From: the human T2T-CHM13v2.0 reference genome, Homo sapiens
Assembly: GCF_009914755.1 (NCBI RefSeq)
Contig: NC_060932.1
Reading direction: 5' to 3' (one strand)
Length of the DNA: 64,000 nucleotides
Positions 56,963 through 64,000 of this stretch are shown here, one piece after another. A program made the position numbers and the translations under genes. The notes beneath the pieces were generated by a model that saw only the letters and a list, made by a program, of their open reading frames with translations, was not told the DNA's origin and did not search any database. The stretch's first letter is position 1, and every line of letters starts with the position of its first letter.

Positions 56963-57968
56963 GTAAGCTCAACAAAATGATATGCTAATTGAATCTGGAA
57001 AATACCTTGGTAATAAAATTTCATGAAATTTTAAGACAAGAAAAAATATTTGCCATATAAATAGTATGTCATATTGTAACAGGCACCGAAGTGTACATTC
57101 TGGGTGCTTGTGGTTTCCTCTTCTGAGGATTCTCAAAATAATAGATATATTCTATATATATATGTATATAGCACCATATATCATGTATTATATTTCTCTT
57201 TTAATTTCAGAAAAAAATATTTGCACACAAGTTTAAATACTAAAATAATTAAAAATGTATAAGCTTCTTCATTTTTCTTCATTAATTAAGAAGAAAGAAA
57301 AATGGCTAGCCATCATAGGATGATCTTGGATATCCAGTCAGGGAGAAGTGAAACAAAATTAGGAGCAGAGGAGATGGCAGTTTTAGTGAGGGTATTTAAC
57401 ACTGTTAATCATAGATTCACCCTTTCTCTTATTTTAAAATTCTCAAATTGTGGCACCTATCCTAAAATTCAAAGTTCTTAATATATTTGGCATGCTTAAG
57501 GACTTGGGGACCATTAAAATTGGTATTTAATTACTATTTTACAGTGACATTCATCTCTCTCTCTAAATGTTCAATGATATTTACGTCCCATTTAATCTGC
57601 CTGAATGTTTACCTCTCTTCTTTTCTATGTGCATTGGACTTTTAAATTTACTGAGTAGCTTAGAGTTAGTACATAACTCATCTCTACAGAGAGTGAATTG
57701 TTTCCAGTTTTAAAGGAAACTATACCTAAAAAGAAATAGAGAATTATAATTAATTGTAAGGTCACCTCAACCTCACTTTGTCTGTAAAATCTTTCGCAAT
57801 TCTTCTGCACATAACTGGCTGAAATTAATCATTTATTTCTCTGTGTTCTGGTACGTTTTATGTAGAAAATGCTCAATAAATATTTATTGACTTTGAATTT
57901 ATTTGAATTGTTGTGAAACAATGTAATGGTAATATATTGTTACCAATGTTTTTCATATTTTTATGTAG

Positions 57969-58093
57969 TTATGTTTAGCATACAAAGGATTCCTGGCAAA
58001 TTATATTGGTCTAAAATTTCAGTACCAAGACAATAGCAAGATTACTAGAAGCACTGATACACAGTTTACATACAACTTTGCTTATGGAAACAA
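57969..58093 (+). CDS. PKHD1L1: PKHD1L1 exon 21 (125 nt): LCLAYKGFLANYIGLKFQYQDNSKITRSTDTQFTYNFAYGN
   Basis: TTTATGTAG acceptor, CAA|GTAAGT donor; CLAYKG family motif. Confidence 0.96.
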
Positions 58094-59508
58094 GTAAGTT
58101 ACGCTATGAATTTGAAAATTACATTATACCATGGTATATAAACTACAAAGATAAGACAAATCCATTTCTTGGGGTTTTTTGTTTTGGTCTGTTTGGGGAG
58201 ATGAGGGCAAATAATGCACACAATGGATGTAAATGGCAGTTTTCCTATCTTACACATGTACATCCAACAGAAATAGTCATGTTTTAAAGAAATCTCTAGA
58301 TTATGAAAATGACAATTGGTCATGACATAGTCACCCATAACCATAAAAAGACAAAACAATGGTAAACTTTAGAATTTAAATTATGTATTACTAAATCTAA
58401 TAATGTTCCTAGTTATGCTGGAAGGTAGAAAGAGACAGGCTTATCACAATATAGTCATTATAGTTTGATCACTGAAAAAAAAGGAAGTAGAGAGATTTTG
58501 AAATAATGCTTGCTGTGCCAAAAGTTAGGCACAAAGAAATGCAAATAGAGAAACATAAAGGAAGAAACAAAATAAACCTAGAGAAGCTATTTAATGACTA
58601 CAGCTGTCATGCCTTTAAACACAATTTAGTTCTATATAATTATTTTTTGGGTTTTATTAATTTTTATATCTTCTGAAATTTATGTCAGTTGTGACTGCAT
58701 TTTCATACACAGTACATACAAAAATTTCATTTATGGTATTTCATTTACAACAGAAGCAATAGTGAAGACATACACAGAGACACATACCTTTCTATTTTAT
58801 ACAGTACTCCCCATACATTGTTGTTGTTTATTAAAGTATAATTTACATAAAGTAAAATTCACTCTTTTTAAGTGCACAGTTTAGTGAGTTTTAACACATG
58901 TATACAGTCACGTAACCATCACTCCGCTGAAGACATAGAACATTTTCTCTCTACAATTGTAGAAGTTTTTCTTTCATATAAAGTTTTTCTCATAAAAATA
59001 ACCATGGTGGGATCTCCATATCTTGAAAATATTCCTTTTTTTTTTGCTTTTTCTTCTGTTATAGCTACATCACAATTTTTATTTTATATGGGTCTATACA
59101 GTTTATATGATACTTTAATACATGCCATGTAAGTTTCCATCATTTTATAAGATATGGAGAGCATTATTCTATTATAATAAGACATGGAGAGCACTATTTT
59201 CTTCCCATCGTAGAATAGAACTCTGTAACTCAGAACTTTCATGTGTGGAACAAGCACGAGGGAGAACCAGCTTCTCCTCTTGACACCCAGACAGAGAGAG
59301 TGAGAAAATGATCCAAAGTTGGAAATAGAACCAAATGTTGACAATAAACAAAACAAAGACAAGAAATAAAAACAGGCAAGATGTTAATGGAGAGTAGAGT
59401 AGTTAGATGGGAAGAAATGGCAGTCTTGATGGAAGAATAAGTTTCTTGATGCAAAAGCTGCTGCTCAAATCTGCAATTTCAATTGTCCTGTTTTCTACAT
59501 CATCCCAA

Positions 59509-59510
<2 letters not shown>

Positions 59511-59554
<44 letters not shown>

Positions 59555-59848
59555 TTTGAGACAGGGTCTGATTCTGTCACCGTGGCTGGAGTGCTGTGGG
59601 ACCATCACAGTTCACTGCAGCCTTCACCTTCTGGGCTCAAGTGATCCTCCCACCCCAGCCTCCCCCCACAAGTAGCTGGGACTGCAGGTGTGCACTACCA
59701 CGCCCAGCTAATTTTTTTGTTTTTGTAGAGATTGGGTCTTGCCATGTTGCCACAGCTGGTCTTGAACTCCTAGGCTCAAGCAATCCTCCTGCCTAGGCCT
59801 CCCTCCCAAAGTCCTGGGATTACAGGCATGAGACACCATGCCTGGCCC
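59511..59848 (-). mobile_element. AluJ-type element with (TTA)~14 microsatellite tail
   Basis: Diverged Alu; TSD-like CCAACA(T/C)TATT. Confidence 0.9.
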
Positions 59849-60199
59849 CCAACACTATTTTCAAAATGCATCAGCCAGTTCCCAATTCATAACTTTAGAA
59901 ATTCATATACTCTAAAAATTGTTGACATATGTTGGACGGGAAAGGAAACCTTGTTTGTTAAAAGTTTTAAGAACTATCTTTTAGAGGACAAGAAGTATGA
60001 AGTGGGAAACAGCCAGGGTGTAGACCTGGAGGTGCTCCAGCAAAGCTAGGTCCCCGGACTCTACCAGGAGGAAATCAGTTGTGTTCACTGGGACAGTGGC
60101 AGAAAGGTGACAAAAGATGGGACCAGGCAGGTGGGTGGGAGCATATCAGAGTTATCCTTCCTGTGGAACTGGAATGATCTTAATTTAAAAAAAGGAGGG

Positions 60200-60403
60200 G
60201 GCTGGGCAACATGGCAACCATCTCTACAAAAAATACAAAAATTAGCTGGGCATGGTGGTGCACACCTGTGGTCCCAGGTACTCAGGAGGCTGAAGTGGAG
60301 GATTGCTTGAGTCCGGGAGATCCAGGCTGCAGTGAGCCAAGATTGTGACACTGCACTCCAGCCTGGGTGACAGAATGAGACCTTGTCTTAAAAAAAAAAA
60401 AAA
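60200..60403 (+). mobile_element. AluJ-type element, 5' truncated
   Basis: End of left arm, right arm, poly-A. Confidence 0.88.
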
Positions 60404-60404
60404 G

Positions 60405-60406
<2 letters not shown>

Positions 60407-60448
<42 letters not shown>
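60407..60448 (+). repeat. (GT)21 microsatellite
   Basis: Perfect GT run next to the Alu tail, followed directly by AG. Confidence 0.97.
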
Positions 60449-60450
<2 letters not shown>

Positions 60451-61599
60451 GAAATCATAGTCTTCCGTTTTTAATATAAAACATCAACATCATATTTGAA
60501 GTATATATCTCTGGCATCAGATCCTGAGCATATGGACCTAATTCTCTTCAAATACTCTGATCAATCAATGGATAAAGTGAGGGCAACTGTAGACCAAGTT
60601 TAAATACAGGTGTCAGTATCTCTTTAGTCATGAGGTAGGAGTCCACAGTCCAACAGGTGTTTGTCAGAGGGAAAAACTTTAATAAGGGCGTTAAGCTTTT
60701 CAAAGGATTCTTCAGGAAACACAAAAGTCATGCTTCATATATTCCTTAGGTTCTTGAAATAAGCATTAAAAAGATAATGATTGATGTCTTGTCCCAAGTA
60801 TAATATCTACACATGTTTCCACAGAATGTAAAGAAAGAGAAATTCTTGTTTACACAAAGTTCATTAGATACTGAAGTGTGGTAGAACTTGAAGTGGACTT
60901 CAAAGAAGAGAGAGAGAAAAATGCCTGAAATCTATACATGCTGTGGATGGTGTTTGCACAGAACCATATGATTTTAATAATTAACAATATCAATTCTTCC
61001 AATCCATGAACACTGAATATATTTCCATTTATCTGTGTTGAGAGAGATATATTAGTATTGAAAAACATGTTGCATCCCCCAGTGCACAAATATATGCCTT
61101 TGAGGCCATTACATAGTTCAATCCTATGTATAAAATGGGACTGAAGCTAGCTCCTGGAATGAATGAAATGAGTGGGGAGAATGCTACCATTCCACAGAGG
61201 AATTATTGACTCAGAAGGGGACATCCTTTGTTGGTAGTCACATAGGCAGATGCAATACCAGAAGTCGAGCCAGCCCTGCCTCTGTTAGGTGGCAAGGAGC
61301 ATGAAAAGTCCATAAACAGAATGATTATATACCACTGCTTCATGCCCAATTTGCTACAGTCCATCTTTATGAAGCAGAAATCCTTCTCAAAGGGACATCT
61401 GAGGTACATTTTCAACAGGAAGGAATGATTGAATTAAACAGTGAAATAACAATTTTACTTTTGATGCCTATCGCCCTTATGCTATGAACTCCTCCACTGC
61501 CACAGGATTTTGGAACATTTTATTGATCCTTGTTCTTCTGTATCAATCAAGTCATCACTTACCATATCATTAAATAGTTCTCTTTTTAGCCTATAATTT

Positions 61600-61918
61600 G
61601 GGATGGCTGAAGGGATGTGGGGATGGTTAATGGGTACAAAAAATAGCTAGAAAGAATGAATAAGACCTAGTATTTGATAGCACAACAGGGTGGCTAAAGT
61701 CAATAATAATTTAATAGTACATTTAAAAACAATTAAAATATAATTTGATTGTTTATAACACAAATGATAAAGGCTTGAGGGGATGGATACCCCATTTTAC
61801 ATGATATGATTATTATGCATTGCATGGCTGTATCAAAACATCTCATGTACCCCACAAATATATACACCTAATATGTATCCACAAAAAAAAACTAAAAATT
61901 TTTTAAAAATTAAAAAAT
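61600..61918 (+). mobile_element. L1MA-type 3' UTR fragment
   Basis: GGGATGGTTAATGGGTACAAAAAATAG...GAGGGGATGGATACCCCATTTT...CATCTCATGTACCCC plus A tail. Confidence 0.88.
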
Positions 61919-62032
61919 GTATCTACTGTGCACTAATTTCAAGATGTATTACATTTGATGGAGTTCATGGATTTTCTTTACCCTAAATGTTGCAAGACCT
62001 TTAAACAAGAATATCATGATTGTTAAAAATAA

Positions 62033-62391
<359 letters not shown>

Positions 62392-63638
62392 TCTAACAAA
62401 TATTTCTAGATCTGCTTTAATATAGGTCAGACAGTCCACCTGGATCAAGTAGATGTATTAGTATTTGTTATTTTCAGTACACTGTTAGTGTTAAAAGTGC
62501 CATTTCCCATCCCCCAAAATTGTTCTACAACCTTCCAAAAAGTGGTTTGTAGTTGTAAATCAAGTTTTAAAATCTAAAAACAGGCTGCCTTTCTCTTCAA
62601 AAAATGGAATTATTTAATCACAAAGGCACAGTGTACAGTTCAGTTTTGATATCATTTTCAGTCTCCTTTTCCCTTATAAAAGGTCCTGTTCAGTATGCCA
62701 AATTTTCTAAGTTGTGGTTTTTAAAATTTTAGAATTGCATAATCAGTTGTACAGTTCTACGCTGAGGCCCTAAGTACTTTTTTTTTTAATTTAAAGAGCA
62801 CCTTAACTTAATGTCGTTTGCATACAATTTGCTAAAACTGATATGTGTAGTCTAATCTTTGATGAGCTAGAGGTGGATCCCATGATGAGTTTATGAACCC
62901 TGAAGAAAATGGGACTGTAAGGTACCCAAACAAACTAGTCAGTTAATAACTACAGTGGTAGCTGATGAAAGATTATTGTTAAACTATATTTAATTATTTG
63001 AATGGAAATACTTATATATGTGTTACAAACTCTTATAGCTTTAATGCTTAACTGTAATTTATGGGATTCCAATGCAGTTATGATTTAATGGAAAATCTGA
63101 ATCTGAGTTATACATTTAAAAGGTACTGTGCAACCATTTATATCTACAAATAACACCCTTCTAGCACTTAGAACAATGGACAATGCTGCTCCAGGGAACT
63201 TCCCTGGAAGAGTTATAAAGTTCCAGTTTTGCTTCTTAGCAGCGGACTGAACTTACTGTTCTATGCCTGGTATTGTTCACAAAAATTGTTGACTCCATTC
63301 TTGTGTCTTGTTTTGTTAATATGCTCTACACAAATGCCTGTGCTTCTTAGTTTCCTTACTTGTTGTTACAGAATGTTATTTTACATTCCTATGGCTACTG
63401 CCAAGGCTACAAATAAAAGAAAGCCTATATTTGTATACAATGCTAAATCTTTTACTGCCAATGTAAGTTTCTGCCTGCTGTGCCTTGTTACGGCTGCTTT
63501 TCTGTGCTAATAAAGCTCCCCTGATGGTCGTCTTGTGGGAAAAAATATTTTACTCTATAAAATTTTAATGCTTTCTAAAGTGTATTTGCTTAAACATTAC
63601 CACTGATCTATACAACAAATTAATCAACCGTATTTCAG

Positions 63639-63802
63639 CTGGACTTACACTTGCATAGACCTTCTGGATCTCGTAAGAACGAAATACACTGGGACAAATG
63701 TTTCTCTTCAGAGGATTAGCTTACATAAAGCATCAGAATCACAGTCCTTCTATGTGGATGTAGTGTACATTGGACACACATCTACAATCTCAACATTGGA
63801 TG
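63639..63802 (+). CDS. PKHD1L1: PKHD1L1 exon 22 (164 nt): NWTYTCIDLLDLVRTKYTGTNVSLQRISLHKASESQSFYVDVVYIGHTSTISTLD; gene continues beyond the window
   Basis: TATTTCAG acceptor, ATG|GTATGT donor; WxYTCxDL and FYVD family motifs. Confidence 0.96.
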
Positions 63803-64000
63803 GTATGTTGTATCATTTTATCTCTGCTTTAATCTAAATATAGTAAAATCTTACCATGGAAATTATTTTTATATTCTGCAGTATGGATAGAAACATTAAT
63901 ATCTAAATATTAATGAGTCACTCTTTTATCTGAATAATATTATGATTTTATTTTGTAATGAATAGTGCAAAGTGATTATTCCAAGGATAAATGAATCCTT

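Overview
Primate (almost certainly human) genomic DNA holding the promoter and first 22 coding exons of PKHD1L1 (fibrocystin-L) on the + strand. Joined by hand, exons 7125-63802 give one open frame of 2524 nt (841 codons plus 1 nt): signal peptide MGHLWLLGIWGLCGLLLCAADPST, three IPT/TIG domains and a PA14 domain. The gene continues past the window end. All introns are GT-AG except intron 8, which is GC-AG. The rest is mostly transposon debris: a full-length, coding-dead antisense L1PA3/PA4-type element with a 16-bp TSD in intron 2, 17 Alus, an ERVL pol remnant with an LTR16-like LTR, MaLR LTRs, DNA-transposon MITEs, MIR/L2 fragments and microsatellites. Nearly all short ORFs in the track are repeat-derived or chance ORFs. 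I found no unrecognised gene or new multi-gene system. The best leads are: (1) an L1 antisense promoter facing exon 3 with a broken YY1 site but a retained ZNF93 segment; (2) a 55-bp exact copy of a nearby L1 3' UTR inside an unrelated LTR; (3) a 172-bp direct repeat bracketing frame-shifting exon 18; (4) a ~100-bp nest of perfect hairpins; (5) recursive-splice-like and (UG)n-adjacent cryptic exon structures. Repeat subfamily names and the gene identity come from recalled consensus sequences, not database searches. Repeat boundaries are approximate, while exon boundaries were counted base by base.
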